DNA from: Verrucomicrobiia bacterium
GTDB taxonomy: Bacteria > Verrucomicrobiota > Verrucomicrobiia > Limisphaerales > UBA1319
NCBI GenBank assembly: GCA_963664225.1
Contig: OY760937.1
Span: forward strand, 5,024,001 to 5,088,000
DNA: 64,000 bases
Direction: 5' to 3'
Part shown: positions 25,999 to 37,295 of the stretch, one piece after another
Position numbering within the stretch: the stretch's first letter is position 1
How the letters are laid out: every line of letters starts with the position of its first letter
Program-made: the position numbers and the translations under genes
Notes under the pieces: model-generated
What the model was told of the DNA's origin: nothing
The model's input: the letters and a program-made list of their open reading frames with translations, nothing else
Database searches by the model: none

Positions 25999-27204
25999 TT
26001 AGAGTTCCCTTAAGGCTTTGGCGATGGGCATGCGGGCGGCACGGATGGCTGGGAAGAGGCCTCCAATGCAGCCGATGGTGGCCGCATAGAGAATTCCCTG
26101 AACCAGAAGCCCCGGGGTGACTCGAAAGGCAAAAGCGACCTGGCTGAAGCTCTGCCAATTGATGGTTGCGGCCTGGTAGCCGTCAAAGGCCACATAAGCG
26201 AGGCCGCCGCCGATCACGCCGCCGATGAGCGCCAGGACCAGGGATTCGAAGAGAATGGACATGATGACGGCGGAACGTCCGAAGCCCAGCGCGCGCAGGG
26301 TTGCGATCTCGCGTGTCCTCGCGGCCACGGCCGAATACATGGTGTTCAGGGCTCCAAAGACCGCGCCGACTCCCATCAGAGAGGCGATGAGCGTGCCCAC
26401 GCCGGTGATGAGGTTGTAAATCATCCTGGATTGTTCGGAATAATATTCCGATTGGCGCAGCACTTTGACATTGGTGCGGGGATCCCTGGAGAGGGCTTCC
26501 TTGAACTGTGTAAAGGCTTCGGGGGAGGTCAAACGCAGGTAAACGGATTGGTAACTGGTGCCCCGACGGTATGCGGCCTGAAGGATGCTGGCATCGGTCC
26601 AAATCTCGGATTCATCAATGCCGCCGCTTGAAGAGAATATTCCGACGATGGTCCAGATATTTTGGGCCACGTTCAGGGTGCCGCCCAAATCCAAACCGGT
26701 GAACTCCGCCGCCGCGCCCCGGCCGATCACGACTTCATTGCGACCCGTCTGGAACCATCGGCCCTTGAGCAACCGCACCTCTTTGCGAACATCCCGCGCG
26801 GCATGTTCAACGCCGCGAATGGGCACATTGGCGTCGGTGCCGGTGGAACGTTTGGGCAGATTGATGATGATGAACAGTTCCGGGGAAGCCACGGGGCCCT
26901 GGGCGGAACGTGCGACACCCGGGGCGTCGGTGATGGCACGGGTTTCGTCACGGCTGAGGATGCTCATCATTTCGGTGTCGGCACCGCTGCGCATGACAAT
27001 GACGGCCTGGGGATCACCGGAGTTGATCATGGCATGGCGGAAGCCCTGACCTATGGAAAGCACGCCGACCATGACCGCCACGACGCCAGCGGTGCCAAAG
27101 ATGGAGGCCGCCGCCGCGCCTTTGCGCTCGGGAAGAGTCAGCAGACTGAACCTGGTCACGGAGGCGAGTTGGGAGAGCCAATTGGAGAGGTGCATCATGG
27201 TCAC
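25999..27204 (-). CDS. ABC transporter permease (MacB/FtsX family)
   Basis: GRWFQTGRNEVVIG; NTMYSAVAARTREIATLRALGF; FPAIRAAR. Confidence 0.9.
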   Translation of the reverse strand: MTMMHLSNWLSQLASVTRFSLLTLPERKGAAAASIFGTAGVVAVMVGVLSIGQGFRHAMINSGDPQAVIVMRSGADTEMMSILSRDETRAITDAPGVARSAQGPVASPELFIIINLPKRSTGTDANVPIRGVEHAARDVRKEVRLLKGRWFQTGRNEVVIGRGAAAEFTGLDLGGTLNVAQNIWTIVGIFSSSGGIDESEIWTDASILQAAYRRGTSYQSVYLRLTSPEAFTQFKEALSRDPRTNVKVLRQSEYYSEQSRMIYNLITGVGTLIASLMGVGAVFGALNTMYSAVAARTREIATLRALGFGRSAVIMSILFESLVLALIGGVIGGGLAYVAFDGYQAATINWQSFSQVAFAFRVTPGLLVQGILYAATIGCIGGLFPAIRAARMPIAKALREL

Positions 27205-28355
27205 ATTCTCCTCAAGGCTTCCGCGACCCGGAGCTTCATGGCATACCAGGCGGGGAGAATGCCGGCGATCGCACCCAGCAGGAACACGAATCCCAGGCCG
27301 GTGACGAGGTCGATTTTGCGCAGATAAAACATGGGCAAAGCACCGTTGGTCGGATCTCCGCGCGAAATCATAAACCAGGCGATTCCCAGCCCCAGGATGC
27401 CTGCCAGGCCCGCGAGGAAACAGGATTCCGCGAGGACGAAAACCAGGACCTGGGTGTTGGTGAAACCCAGGGCCTTGAGGACGCCCAGTTCCTCGGTGCG
27501 CTCGCGAACGGATTGGGCCATGGTGTTACCGGCCACGAGAAGGATGGTGAAAAAAACGGCGCTGAGAATGGCGGTGAGGATTTTCCCAATATCGCCCACT
27601 TGTTTGGCGAAACTCTGAACAAAAGCGCCCTCCGTCTCGGCCTTGGTTTCGTAGGGGGAATTGGCAAATTCCCTGTCGATTTCCTGGGCGATTTCGGTGG
27701 CGTGATCGGAGTCGCTGACACGCACGATGTACCATCCCACAAGGCCTTTGGCGTATTGGCGGGCCTCGTCGAAGTAGTCGTAATGGATGAGGAACTGGGT
27801 GGTGTCCGTGCCGTCTTTGGCTCCGTCATAAATGCCTTCGAGATCGAATTCCCAAGTGCGAGAGCCGTCCATTTTGGGCCAGACGGTGGCTTGAATCGGA
27901 ATGCGATCGCCGACTTTCCATCCGAAACGGTCCGCGGTCTTCCGGCCTGCAATGGCACCGGTGCGGTTGCGAAACCAGTTGGCTTTTTGCTGCGGTGGGA
28001 GTGTGAATTCCTGGTAAAGGGAGAGGTATTTCTCCGGTTCCACAATCATTTGCGGAAAGAATTTCGTGGGATCCTGATAGATGCCGCCAAACCAGGTGGA
28101 ATGGGTGACTTCAGCGACGCCCGGGATTTTAGCGATGCGGGGTCCATAGCTTTGGGGCAGGAGCTGGGCGATGGAGATTTTATGCCGGGCGATCAGGCGA
28201 TCCGCTCCGGCAACGTCCACTCCGGCGTTCAAAGCGGTTCCAATGGCGCAGAGATAGCCATAGAGCACGAAGGCCACCAGGATGGAGAGCATCGTCAGAA
28301 TGGTCCGCAACTTGCGGCGTTTCAGGTTGCTCCAAATGAGGTGGAGATACTTCAT
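27201..28355 (-). CDS. ABC transporter permease (MacB/FtsX family)
   Basis: NLKRRKLRTILT; NTMAQSVRERTEELGVLKALGF. Confidence 0.9.
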   Translation of the reverse strand: MKYLHLIWSNLKRRKLRTILTMLSILVAFVLYGYLCAIGTALNAGVDVAGADRLIARHKISIAQLLPQSYGPRIAKIPGVAEVTHSTWFGGIYQDPTKFFPQMIVEPEKYLSLYQEFTLPPQQKANWFRNRTGAIAGRKTADRFGWKVGDRIPIQATVWPKMDGSRTWEFDLEGIYDGAKDGTDTTQFLIHYDYFDEARQYAKGLVGWYIVRVSDSDHATEIAQEIDREFANSPYETKAETEGAFVQSFAKQVGDIGKILTAILSAVFFTILLVAGNTMAQSVRERTEELGVLKALGFTNTQVLVFVLAESCFLAGLAGILGLGIAWFMISRGDPTNGALPMFYLRKIDLVTGLGFVFLLGAIAGILPAWYAMKLRVAEALRRM

Positions 28356-29050
28356 TCCGCCAACGAGTTGCCCAACTGGCCTTTATTCAGATACAGAGTC
28401 CGGGTGGCCCGGTGCGAGGCATGGGGATCATGCGTGACCATGATGATGGTTTTGCCGTGATCGTGATTGAGCGCCTGGAGGAGGGTCAGGATTTCATCTC
28501 CAGCCTTGCGGTCCAGGTCTCCCGTGGGTTCGTCGCATAGCAGCAGGCTGGGGTCCGTGACGATGGCGCGGGCAATTCCCACGCGCTGTTGCTCACCGCC
28601 GGAGAGCTGCCGTGGATAATGGCGATGGCGATGAGACAACCCCACCATCGAGAGCGCTGCGTCCACATGCTCTTTGCGCTCGGATCGGGTCAAGGGGGTC
28701 AGGAGCAGGGGAAGCTCGACGTTGCGTTCGGCGGTCAGGACGGGCAACAGGTTGTAAAGCTGGAAGACAAAGCCAATATGGCGGGCGCGCCATGGAGCAA
28801 GCTGGCGGTCGGAGAGATTCTCGATGTGGTCGCCTCCAATCGAGATGGAACCTTCATCCGGGCGATCCAAGCCGCCAATCAGGTTTAGGAGGGTTGTCTT
28901 GCCCGATCCCGAGGGGCCCATCAGGGCGAGGAATTCACCTTTCAGGACGTCCAGATTCAATCCCTCCAGAATATGGATTTCCTCCATGCCGCGCTTGTAG
29001 CGGCGGCAGACATCCACAATACGCACCAGGGCTTCGCGATCTTCGGTCAT
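28352..29050 (-). CDS. ABC transporter ATP-binding protein (LolD/MacB-like)
   Basis: [29 protein letters not shown]. Confidence 0.95.
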   Translation of the reverse strand: MTEDREALVRIVDVCRRYKRGMEEIHILEGLNLDVLKGEFLALMGPSGSGKTTLLNLIGGLDRPDEGSISIGGDHIENLSDRQLAPWRARHIGFVFQLYNLLPVLTAERNVELPLLLTPLTRSERKEHVDAALSMVGLSHRHRHYPRQLSGGEQQRVGIARAIVTDPSLLLCDEPTGDLDRKAGDEILTLLQALNHDHGKTIIMVTHDPHASHRATRTLYLNKGQLGNSLAE

Positions 29051-30282
29051 GGCTTCTCCTCGGCCACCTGCATGCCTTCGACCATTTTATCCGGACCGCG
29101 AAGAACCACCTTTTCGCCGCCGGTCAGGCCGGAGGTGATGATGGCATCGTCGCCGGTCATAGGACCCGGTGTCACGGAGCGGCGCTCGAGTTTGTCCGAG
29201 TTCACGATCCAGACGAAATCGCGGCCCTCCTGTTTTTTCAGGCTTATTTTGGGGATTGAGATGCTTCCTGCGATGGTGCTGCGGGCCCCTTTAAAGGCGA
29301 CTTTGACACCCATATCCGGCAAAATGCGCGTATCCAGTTTGTCGAAGCCGACGCGGACTTTCACGGTGGCTTTCTGGCGGTCGGCTGTGGGAATAATGGC
29401 AATCACTTTGCCTGGGATCGACCATTCGGGGTAGGCGTCCAGTGATGCGACAATCCTGCCGCCCGCCTCGACGCGTTGAATGTAGGCTTCGTTCACGTCC
29501 ACCTCAATTTCGAGCGATTCCATGTCCACCAGCGTGCAGATGCCTGTGCGGGTGAAACCGCCGCCGGCGGAGATGGGGGAGATCATTTCGCCCGGCTGGG
29601 CGTTTTTGGCAACCACCACACCGGTGAAAGGAGCGCGAATCACGGTGTCATCCATCTGTTGATTCCAAAGGTCCACCTGACGGTCGGCGGTTTCCGCATC
29701 GGCGTCCTGCTGGACGAGGCGCGCCTTATAGGCATCGACTGCGGCCTGCGCGTGATCCAGGTCCGAAGCTGTGGCGATTTTATTTTGATTGAGATTGCTG
29801 ACGCGAGTCAGTTCAGACTGCGCCTCAGCCAGACGCACGCGCGTTTCTGCGAGGGCCGCATGACTTGACTTGGCCTGGGCCTGAGCCAGACGCAAATTGA
29901 CCACCACATTTGAGTTGTCCAAATTGGCAAGAATCTGACCCGCCTTGACAGTCATGCCCTCTTCGATGAGAACCTCGACGACTTTGCCCGTGACCTTGGA
30001 TGACACGGTGGCCAATTTGCGGGCGGTGACGTAGCCGGAGGCGTTGAGGACAGTGTAGTCTCCTTCGGACGCGGTTTGGCGGGCCACGACGGTTTTGACG
30101 GGAATTCTTTGATTTTGTTTCCAAAGCCAGCCCAGGAACAGGAAGGCGACCAGAATAAGGACGATCCAAAGAGGCCATTTAGGCCATTTGGGCCTGTTGG
30201 ACCCATTGGAACCAGAAGGCTTATTCCCGGACGGCTCCCTTTGGATACGCAGGGCATCAAGTGTGGTTTTATCGGGACTCAT
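29047..30282 (-). CDS. Periplasmic adaptor / membrane fusion protein (MacA-like)
   Basis: N-terminal [32 protein letters not shown]. Confidence 0.92.
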   Translation of the reverse strand: MSPDKTTLDALRIQREPSGNKPSGSNGSNRPKWPKWPLWIVLILVAFLFLGWLWKQNQRIPVKTVVARQTASEGDYTVLNASGYVTARKLATVSSKVTGKVVEVLIEEGMTVKAGQILANLDNSNVVVNLRLAQAQAKSSHAALAETRVRLAEAQSELTRVSNLNQNKIATASDLDHAQAAVDAYKARLVQQDADAETADRQVDLWNQQMDDTVIRAPFTGVVVAKNAQPGEMISPISAGGGFTRTGICTLVDMESLEIEVDVNEAYIQRVEAGGRIVASLDAYPEWSIPGKVIAIIPTADRQKATVKVRVGFDKLDTRILPDMGVKVAFKGARSTIAGSISIPKISLKKQEGRDFVWIVNSDKLERRSVTPGPMTGDDAIITSGLTGGEKVVLRGPDKMVEGMQVAEEKP

Positions 30283-30406
30283 AACGACAACGTTGAAGTT
30301 ATGCGTAACCAGCGGTTTGTGTCAACCCGACCCGGGTGAGAATAATTCGTTGGCGCGTGTGCTGAAAATTTCATATAGCTCGGTTCATAAGAAAGATGAA
30401 TTTGTT

Positions 30407-31390
30407 GTGAAGAATCCGATTCCGGTCACCGTGCTGACAGGTTTTTTAGGCGCGGGCAAAACGACCTTGCTCAACCAATTATTGAGTCAGACGCACGGTT
30501 TTCGCTGTGCGGTGATCGTCAATGAATTTGGTCCCATCGGCATCGACAATCAACTGGTGATTGGCGCCGAGGAGGAAATTCTGCAGATGAACAACGGCTG
30601 TCTTTGCTGCCGGTTGCGCGGAGATCTGATTGAAAGCCTGGGCCGACTTTTCAAGCAGCAGAAGGAGTTCGATCATGTGCTCATAGAGACCACCGGCCTG
30701 GCCGATCCCGGTCCCATTGCGCAGACCTTCTTTTTGCCCGAGATCGCGCGCAATGTCTGCCTGGACGGCATCATCACCGTGGTGGACGCGGCGCATGTGG
30801 AGAAGGAGTTAAACGACGCGCCGGAAGCCCAGACGCAGATTGCCTATGCGGATGTGCTGCTGCTGAACAAGTCGGATTTGGTGGCGCAGGAGACTTTGGA
30901 GCGTGTGGAACGGCGTTTGCGCAAGCTCAACAAACTGGCCCAGTGCCATCGAACGCGGGAGTCGCGCATCGATTTTCGCTCGATACTCAATCTGGGGGCG
31001 CATCGTCTGGACGCGCCGATGGAATGGCCTGCGGCGACTGCTGAATCGACGCACGAGGAACATTCCGAACATGAGGAACATCGCCATGACGAGCGGGTCC
31101 GATCGTTTTATCTGAGCGATCCTCGTCCGCTGGACCTGAAAAAGACCGAGGCGTGGCTGACGCAGCTCATTGGCATGAGCGGTGGGAATCTGTATCGCAG
31201 CAAGGGGATTTTGCATGTGCAGGGACAAGCGGAAAGGATTGTTTTTCAGGGGGTCCAAACCACTTTTGGGGCGACGCCGGAGCGGCCCTGGCGCGCGGAC
31301 GAAAAGCGATTAAGCCAGTTGGTTTTTATTGGCCGGGATTTGGAGGAAGGCTACATTCGCTCCGGCTTTGAGGATTGTTTTGCCTTGTGA
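30407..31390 (+). CDS. COG0523/CobW family metal-chaperone GTPase
   Basis: [35 protein letters not shown]; His/Glu tract [21 protein letters not shown]. Confidence 0.93.
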   Translation: MKNPIPVTVLTGFLGAGKTTLLNQLLSQTHGFRCAVIVNEFGPIGIDNQLVIGAEEEILQMNNGCLCCRLRGDLIESLGRLFKQQKEFDHVLIETTGLADPGPIAQTFFLPEIARNVCLDGIITVVDAAHVEKELNDAPEAQTQIAYADVLLLNKSDLVAQETLERVERRLRKLNKLAQCHRTRESRIDFRSILNLGAHRLDAPMEWPAATAESTHEEHSEHEEHRHDERVRSFYLSDPRPLDLKKTEAWLTQLIGMSGGNLYRSKGILHVQGQAERIVFQGVQTTFGATPERPWRADEKRLSQLVFIGRDLEEGYIRSGFEDCFAL

Positions 31391-31418
31391 TAATTTGAAC
31401 TGATTGGAAGATGCCGAT

Positions 31419-31664
31419 ATGCCGCTTTACGAATATGAGTTGCGCGACGGGGAATGCAAAATTTGCGGGGGCAAGTTTACGCTGCGCCGTCCTTTGAGCG
31501 CCCCGGAGTTAACCCAGTGCCCGGCCTGCAAAAAGCCGGTTCGCAAGGTCTTCTCGCAGTTTAACACGCCTACCATTACGAAACCGCTCTCGATTTCGGA
31601 CGCCAAGAAGGCCGGGTTTACGGTTCTCAAGAAAACCGGCAAGGGCGAATACGAGCGCCAGTAA
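31419..31664 (+). CDS. FmdB-like zinc ribbon protein
   Basis: MPLYEY; CKIC..CPAC; GFTVLKKTGKGEYE. Confidence 0.85.
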   Translation: MPLYEYELRDGECKICGGKFTLRRPLSAPELTQCPACKKPVRKVFSQFNTPTITKPLSISDAKKAGFTVLKKTGKGEYERQ

Positions 31665-31699
31665 CCACCGGTAAAAATCGTTTTGCGGACCCGCGCGGA

Positions 31700-32650
31700 T
31701 TATTCAAAAGCCACGCCGTTTTTGCGCCCGGTTTCCTGGATGTATTGAGCGGCCAGGCTGTATTCCTGGGCATTAGACAGATGCTCAATCATGAGTGGGG
31801 CGTCATGGGATAGTCCAGCCAGGCGGCGCAAGTAGGTGGCGTAATCGACCTGACCCAATCCGGGGCGCACCTCACGGAAATGGACGTTCATTTCAACATC
31901 CCATGTCAGGTCCTTGGCGTGGCAACTGACAATCCACCGGCCCAGTTTATCAAAGCATTCATCGATGAGTTGGGCGTTCTGGTAAAACTTCTCAGGCGAA
32001 TTGACCGCATTACAGGGATCGAGATGGACGCCAAAAGCGGGGCGGTCCACGGCCTTGATCAATTTGAGATACGAGTCCGGATTGTGCGGAATGGCCCATC
32101 CCATGATTTCATAGGAGAACTTCGAGCGCTTGGGTTTGACCGCATCAATGATCTTGCGGGCGTTTTCCACCACTTCATCGAAAAACTCCTTCGACAGGTT
32201 GGCGGGATGCGGTCCGTACCAGATGTCGGGATTCCTGGACCCGGCGATATCGACACAACAGAGGGCACCGACGGCTTCGGCCAGGGCGAGACCTTCTGTG
32301 ACGGTCTTGAGATTCTGCGCCCGTTTTTCCGCGTTGGGATCGGTGAGATTGACCCAGCGGCCGACCTCGGCGATGACGACGTCGTGTTTTGCGAACGCCT
32401 CGCGAATGGCCTTGATGCGAGGCGCATCATTCAACGACACGCCGGGACAGTAGGCGGCGCGGTAACCGAGTTTGCGGTGTTCCAGCGCCAGGGCTTCAGG
32501 ATCGCCTGTGCTCGCAAACACAGGGCCTCCCAGACGGACTGGTTTTTGCGCGCGCGACGGTTTATCCGCACCCCGCATGGACAGGGGCAAGGCCAGGGCG
32601 GCGGTGAGGGTGCCTGTGGATTCGATGAAGCGTCGGCGCGATATATTCAT
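31700..32650 (-). CDS. Tat-exported sugar phosphate isomerase/epimerase (xylose isomerase-like TIM barrel)
   Basis: SRRRFI Tat signal; YE, HLDPCN, CHAKD, MIEH metal-ligand motifs. Confidence 0.85.
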   Translation of the reverse strand: MNISRRRFIESTGTLTAALALPLSMRGADKPSRAQKPVRLGGPVFASTGDPEALALEHRKLGYRAAYCPGVSLNDAPRIKAIREAFAKHDVVIAEVGRWVNLTDPNAEKRAQNLKTVTEGLALAEAVGALCCVDIAGSRNPDIWYGPHPANLSKEFFDEVVENARKIIDAVKPKRSKFSYEIMGWAIPHNPDSYLKLIKAVDRPAFGVHLDPCNAVNSPEKFYQNAQLIDECFDKLGRWIVSCHAKDLTWDVEMNVHFREVRPGLGQVDYATYLRRLAGLSHDAPLMIEHLSNAQEYSLAAQYIQETGRKNGVAFE

Positions 32651-32662
32651 GTGGATTGTTTC

Positions 32663-33412
32663 CTATGATGGTTTTTGCAGGTCTTTGAGGGCATCCCGAT
32701 AATGGGCCGCCTTTTCATAGTCTTCACGAGTCACGGCTTCCTTGAGGGCGATTTCGAGCCGCTCCTTTTCCGAGATGGGGCGCTGGGCGCGGATTTCCTC
32801 CAGCCAGTCTTCGAGCATTTCGATTTCATCGCAATGCTCGATAAGGTCTTCGCGTCCGTGGATTTGAAAGAATTCACGGATTTGGCTCACCCCGGAAGCG
32901 ACTTGTTCCTCGGCTGCGTCGTATTGGAGATCTTTCAAGGCGATGGAGGCCAGAGCGCGCGTCTGGATCATCAAGACCTGTGCGCGAAATTGGAGAATGC
33001 CCCACACGATATCCAATTCGGGAGCGTGGCATTCAACGAAATCCAACAGGGTGAGATTGTGCGCTGCATCCGCCACCACTCCCGCAAAATCATCCAACTG
33101 AAAGAGGCACATGCAACGGTGGTGATATTGGATCGACTCGAGTTGGAGGTGCAGACAGTCGGCGCCATTGAGGGCCGATTCCTCCTCGAGATTGCTTTTG
33201 GCATCGCGCAGGCTTTTGGCGCGATGATAATCCAACAGTGTGGGGTGACCATGCGGCCGCCTGCCGTCGGGCCGTCCTTTGCGGTTCATTTGCAGGAGCC
33301 CCAGGTCCATGCGCAGTTGCAGTTTTTCCTGGCCGTCCTCACCGGTAAATGGACGGACCATGACCTCGCCCGGTCTGTATTCCCATGCGTCAAGTATTGG
33401 CGAAATATCCAT
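32663..33412 (-). CDS. UvrB/UvrC-motif-containing hypothetical protein
   Basis: QLRMDLGLLQM..GRPDG.RPHG N-domain; C-terminal UVR coil LKEAVTREDYEKAAHYRD. Confidence 0.8.
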   Translation of the reverse strand: MDISPILDAWEYRPGEVMVRPFTGEDGQEKLQLRMDLGLLQMNRKGRPDGRRPHGHPTLLDYHRAKSLRDAKSNLEEESALNGADCLHLQLESIQYHHRCMCLFQLDDFAGVVADAAHNLTLLDFVECHAPELDIVWGILQFRAQVLMIQTRALASIALKDLQYDAAEEQVASGVSQIREFFQIHGREDLIEHCDEIEMLEDWLEEIRAQRPISEKERLEIALKEAVTREDYEKAAHYRDALKDLQKPS

Positions 33413-33625
33413 GTTCACGAGGGCAGTTTGAGAAAAATAGGCGATCAAGTCAATGGCAGGGGAATCGATCGGGAACGGAGGCATTTTCAACGAAGGAAGC
33501 TGGGATTGTTTCATCGGGAAATTCTTCCGGGCCTGAATAGGCGCTGAATATCGCAGTTTCCCGCGATTGAAATAATGATGAAATGTTGCTTTATCAAAGG
33601 GGCGTGCCTTTGATAATTTTCCGGC

Positions 33626-36600
33626 ATGCACACAGGATCCCAGTCTGGCATGGATTCCGCAAAACGCCCTGTTTGGTTCAGGGTCGTTGTGTTTTTTGCC
33701 GCCTATTTATGCTGCGCGTTCCTGGGGAGGCTTCTTTCGTCCACGGCAAATCCATTCATCGGTTTCTGGCTGCCGAGCGGCTTATTTGTCGCGGTACTGC
33801 TTCTGGTTGCAACGCGTTCCTGGGGTTGGTTTTTGGCCGCTGGAATAGTGGCCAACATTCTGTATGACGTTTATCACGGCAAGGCTCCGTCAGTGATTGG
33901 CTTGAATGCGGCGACCAACAGTTTTGAGGCTTTCCTGGGGGCGACATTGGTAAGGCGGTTTGTGACAGCGCGACCGTCATTTAGCACTTTAAAGGAAGCA
34001 GTGGGGTTTGTGTCGTTGACTGCGGGGGCGAGCGCCATGATCAGTGCGGCCGCAGGAGCCGGGACGGCAAGATTGGTTCTGGGAGGGCTGCCGTTCGGCG
34101 GCCTGTGGCTAAAATGGTGGTCTGGAGACGCCGTGGGGATTCTGGCCGTTGCTCCATTCGTATTGGCCTGGTCTGGATGGAGATGGAGCGAGTTGCGGGG
34201 AGTCAGTGTGCGGCGTTGGCTGGAGGCGGGTCTGCTGGCCCTCACGCTTGCATTCTTTGTCTGGTTCCTGTTTTTCTTCCGGGGGCAGGTTTTGATAGGA
34301 TTCAAATATCTTCTGTTGCCCCTGGTTATTTGGGCGGCCTTGAGGTTCGGGGTGCGTGGCGCCACGCTCGTTGTACTGCTTGGAGCCGTGTCGATGGCCT
34401 ATCCTTCGATGGGACATGGCGCGGATGCATTCAAGGCATCCAGCAGTCTGATCACACAACCGGCCCTGATGATGCAATGGTTTATCGCTGTTTCGTCAAT
34501 GACGGGATTGGTCGTGGCGGCCGCATGGCACGAAAACAATCAGAACGCCCAGCAATTACGTGAAAATGAGTCGCATTTCCGAATGCTCTACCAGAACGCC
34601 CCGGTGGCCTATCAATCGCTGGATGCGCATGGGAATTTTCTGGAGGTCAACCAGACCTGGCTCGACATGATGGGTTATGAGCGCGAGGAGGTGATTGGCT
34701 ATTGGTTTGGCGATTTTCTGGTCAGAACGCAGAGCGATCTGTTCCGAGAACGGTTTCCGCGATTCAAGGAAATTGGACAGGTTCATAACCTCGAATTTGA
34801 CATGGAGCGCAAGGATGGCCGTGTGGTGACTGTGGCTTTTGAGGGGCGGATAGGGTATGACAATGAGCGCATATTCCGTCAGACCCATTGTGTGATGCGC
34901 AATGTGACGGAAATCAAGCGGGCAGAAAATGCGTTACGCGAGAGCGAGTTGCGATACAGGACGCTTTTCGACGAGGCGGTGGAAGGCATTGTCCTGGCTG
35001 ATCGCGCCTCGGGAATGGTGCGGGATTGCAATCAGGCGTTTCTCGCGCTGACGGGCTGCGAGAAGGGGGAGGTTGCAGGGCGGCATCTGGATGCATTCGT
35101 TGTCACGGCCAATGGGGCGGCAGAATCCAACGGTTTTATCGAGGCTCAAATAAAGGCAAAATCGGGCGAGAGAAAAATAGTGGAGATCAAAACCAAGGAT
35201 TTGGAATTGGATGGCGAAGTTGTGCAGCAATATTTTTTCCGCGATATCACGGCACGCAAACACGCGGAGGACGAGCGCGACCGTTTGTTCAAGCTGTCCA
35301 TGGACATGCTTTGCGTGGGGGGCTTCGATGGATATTTCAAGCAAATCAATCCCGCCTGGAAACTGACGCTGGGTTGGTCGGATCAGGAGATGCAGGCCAT
35401 GTCATGGCTGGATTTGGTGCATCCGGAGGACCGGTCCGCCAGCTTAGAGGCCTGGGAGGATTTGCGGAAGGGGGTCGCCATGCGCGCATTTGAAAACCGG
35501 TTTCGTTGCAAGGACGGGTCTTACCGCTGGCTCTCCTGGAATTCCATCCCGTTGGTTGAAGATGAAGTGGCGTATGCCGTGGTGCGGGACACCACCGATT
35601 TAAGAATGGCGGTGGAAGCCGTAAGGGAGAGTGAAGAGAGGCTGCGGTTTGCAATGGAGGGGGCCAACGACGGTTTGTGGGATGTGCAGATGAAGACCGG
35701 GGCTTTCTTCCTGAGTCCGCGCGGATGCGAGATACTCGGATATCAATCGGATGAGATTGGGGCGGTCGCAAAAGTATGGAAGGATCTGGTGCATCCCGAA
35801 GATCTGGCGGTAACGAATGCAAGGTTGAAGGATCATATTCAAGGCCGTTCGGATGTTTTTGTGGTGGAGCAGCGGTTGCGCATGAAGGATGGCGGCTGGA
35901 AATGGGTTTTATGCCGCGGAAAGATTGTGGAGCGCGAATCTGACTGCACCCCAATTCGCATTACAGGCACACATAGCGACATCACCAAACGGAGACAGGT
36001 CGAGGATGAATTAAGGACGCTGAATGCGGAATTGGAGCGGCGAGTGCTGGAGCGCACGGCACAATTAGAGGCGGCCAACAAGGAGTTGGAGGCCTTCGCC
36101 TATTCGATTTCGCACGACTTGCGTGCGCCATTAAGAGCCATCAATGGATTTTCGAATATTTTGGTCCGCGATCACTCGGAAGGTCTCGATTCGGAGGCGG
36201 CCCGGTTTTTGCAATTGGTGTCGGCCAATGCCCAGAAGATGGGTCGTTTGATCGATGACTTGCTGGCGTTTTCGCGTCTCAGCAGACAACCGTTGCGCAA
36301 GCAAAAGGTCAACACGGCGGAACTAATCCAAACCGTATTGGCAGAGTCGCAGGAAGAGAAGGCCGGGCGCCAGGTTGAAGTGCGGGTGGGAGATTTGCCG
36401 ACGTGCCAGGCGGATCCCGCGCTGATCAAGCAAGTCTGGATCAACATTCTTTCCAATGCATTTAAATACACTCGGCATTGCGAGACCGCGGTGATTGAAG
36501 TGGGCGTTTTGCCCGGGGAAGGGGATTCGATCGCGTTTTTTGTGCGCGATAATGGCGCGGGCTTCGACATGCAGTATGCGGGGAAATTATTCGGTGTTTT

Positions 36601-36748
36601 CCAACGCCTCCATCGTGAGGATGAATTTGAAGGGACGGGCGTCGGTCTGGCGATTGTTCAAAGGATCGTTCAGCGTCATGGCGGGCGAGTCTGGGCTGAG
36701 GGCCGCCTGAAACAAGGAGCCCGCTTTTATTTCACACTCCCAACCTGA
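33626..36748 (+). CDS. Sensor histidine kinase: MASE1 + four PAS/PAC + HisKA + HATPase
   Basis: [21 protein letters not shown] (MASE1); HPED/RDIT PAS motifs; [32 protein letters not shown]. Confidence 0.93.
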   Translation: MHTGSQSGMDSAKRPVWFRVVVFFAAYLCCAFLGRLLSSTANPFIGFWLPSGLFVAVLLLVATRSWGWFLAAGIVANILYDVYHGKAPSVIGLNAATNSFEAFLGATLVRRFVTARPSFSTLKEAVGFVSLTAGASAMISAAAGAGTARLVLGGLPFGGLWLKWWSGDAVGILAVAPFVLAWSGWRWSELRGVSVRRWLEAGLLALTLAFFVWFLFFFRGQVLIGFKYLLLPLVIWAALRFGVRGATLVVLLGAVSMAYPSMGHGADAFKASSSLITQPALMMQWFIAVSSMTGLVVAAAWHENNQNAQQLRENESHFRMLYQNAPVAYQSLDAHGNFLEVNQTWLDMMGYEREEVIGYWFGDFLVRTQSDLFRERFPRFKEIGQVHNLEFDMERKDGRVVTVAFEGRIGYDNERIFRQTHCVMRNVTEIKRAENALRESELRYRTLFDEAVEGIVLADRASGMVRDCNQAFLALTGCEKGEVAGRHLDAFVVTANGAAESNGFIEAQIKAKSGERKIVEIKTKDLELDGEVVQQYFFRDITARKHAEDERDRLFKLSMDMLCVGGFDGYFKQINPAWKLTLGWSDQEMQAMSWLDLVHPEDRSASLEAWEDLRKGVAMRAFENRFRCKDGSYRWLSWNSIPLVEDEVAYAVVRDTTDLRMAVEAVRESEERLRFAMEGANDGLWDVQMKTGAFFLSPRGCEILGYQSDEIGAVAKVWKDLVHPEDLAVTNARLKDHIQGRSDVFVVEQRLRMKDGGWKWVLCRGKIVERESDCTPIRITGTHSDITKRRQVEDELRTLNAELERRVLERTAQLEAANKELEAFAYSISHDLRAPLRAINGFSNILVRDHSEGLDSEAARFLQLVSANAQKMGRLIDDLLAFSRLSRQPLRKQKVNTAELIQTVLAESQEEKAGRQVEVRVGDLPTCQADPALIKQVWINILSNAFKYTRHCETAVIEVGVLPGEGDSIAFFVRDNGAGFDMQYAGKLFGVFQRLHREDEFEGTGVGLAIVQRIVQRHGGRVWAEGRLKQGARFYFTLPT

Positions 36749-36755
36749 CGAACGT

Positions 36756-37208
36756 ATGATTGAGAATTACGCAGTCGATATCCTTCTTGTTGAGGATAAT
36801 CCGTGCGACCTCGAACTGGCGCTGGACGCACTGCGCCGACATAATCTTGCGAATCACATCCAGGTGGCCAGGGACGGTGTGGAGGCGCTGGATTTCATTT
36901 TTTGCACGGGAGCGTTCAAGGGGCGCGCGATCCCCGTTCAGCCCAAAGTTGTGCTGCTCGATTTGAAACTGCCCCGTGTGGATGGTTTGGAGGTGTTGCG
37001 TCGCATACGAAGCGATCCGCGCACCCACTCGATTCCCGTGGTGGTCCTGACCTCCTCCCGCGAGGATGCCGATATAACCAATAGTTACAACCTGGGAGTG
37101 AATAGTTACATCGTCAAACCGGTCGATTTTGAAAATTTCAGCGAGGCGGTGCGCCAGCTTGGATTTTATTGGTTGCTTGTGAACCAGCCGCCCGGCCCGC
37201 AAAGCTGA
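36756..37208 (+). CDS. Stand-alone response regulator receiver (Rcp1-like)
   Basis: [28 protein letters not shown]. Confidence 0.93.
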   Translation: MIENYAVDILLVEDNPCDLELALDALRRHNLANHIQVARDGVEALDFIFCTGAFKGRAIPVQPKVVLLDLKLPRVDGLEVLRRIRSDPRTHSIPVVVLTSSREDADITNSYNLGVNSYIVKPVDFENFSEAVRQLGFYWLLVNQPPGPQS

Positions 37209-37271
37209 TTTAAGAAAATAACGGTCCGGGATGCGTATGGGATTGACAGGAAAACAAAATCCGGGCAAATG

Positions 37272-37290
37272 CTTAATAAAACTTATTAAG
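37272..37290. promoter_or_regulatory. Candidate ROK repressor operator
   Basis: Perfect inverted repeat CTTAATAA-AAC-TTATTAAG 5 nt before the ROK start codon; TTGACA at 37243-37248. Confidence 0.6.
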
Positions 37291-37295
37291 TAACC

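Noticed and set aside
33515..33530. GGAAATTCTTCC as another L motif copy
   Set aside because: Only 9 nt of the first block match; no second block or CCCCT tip.
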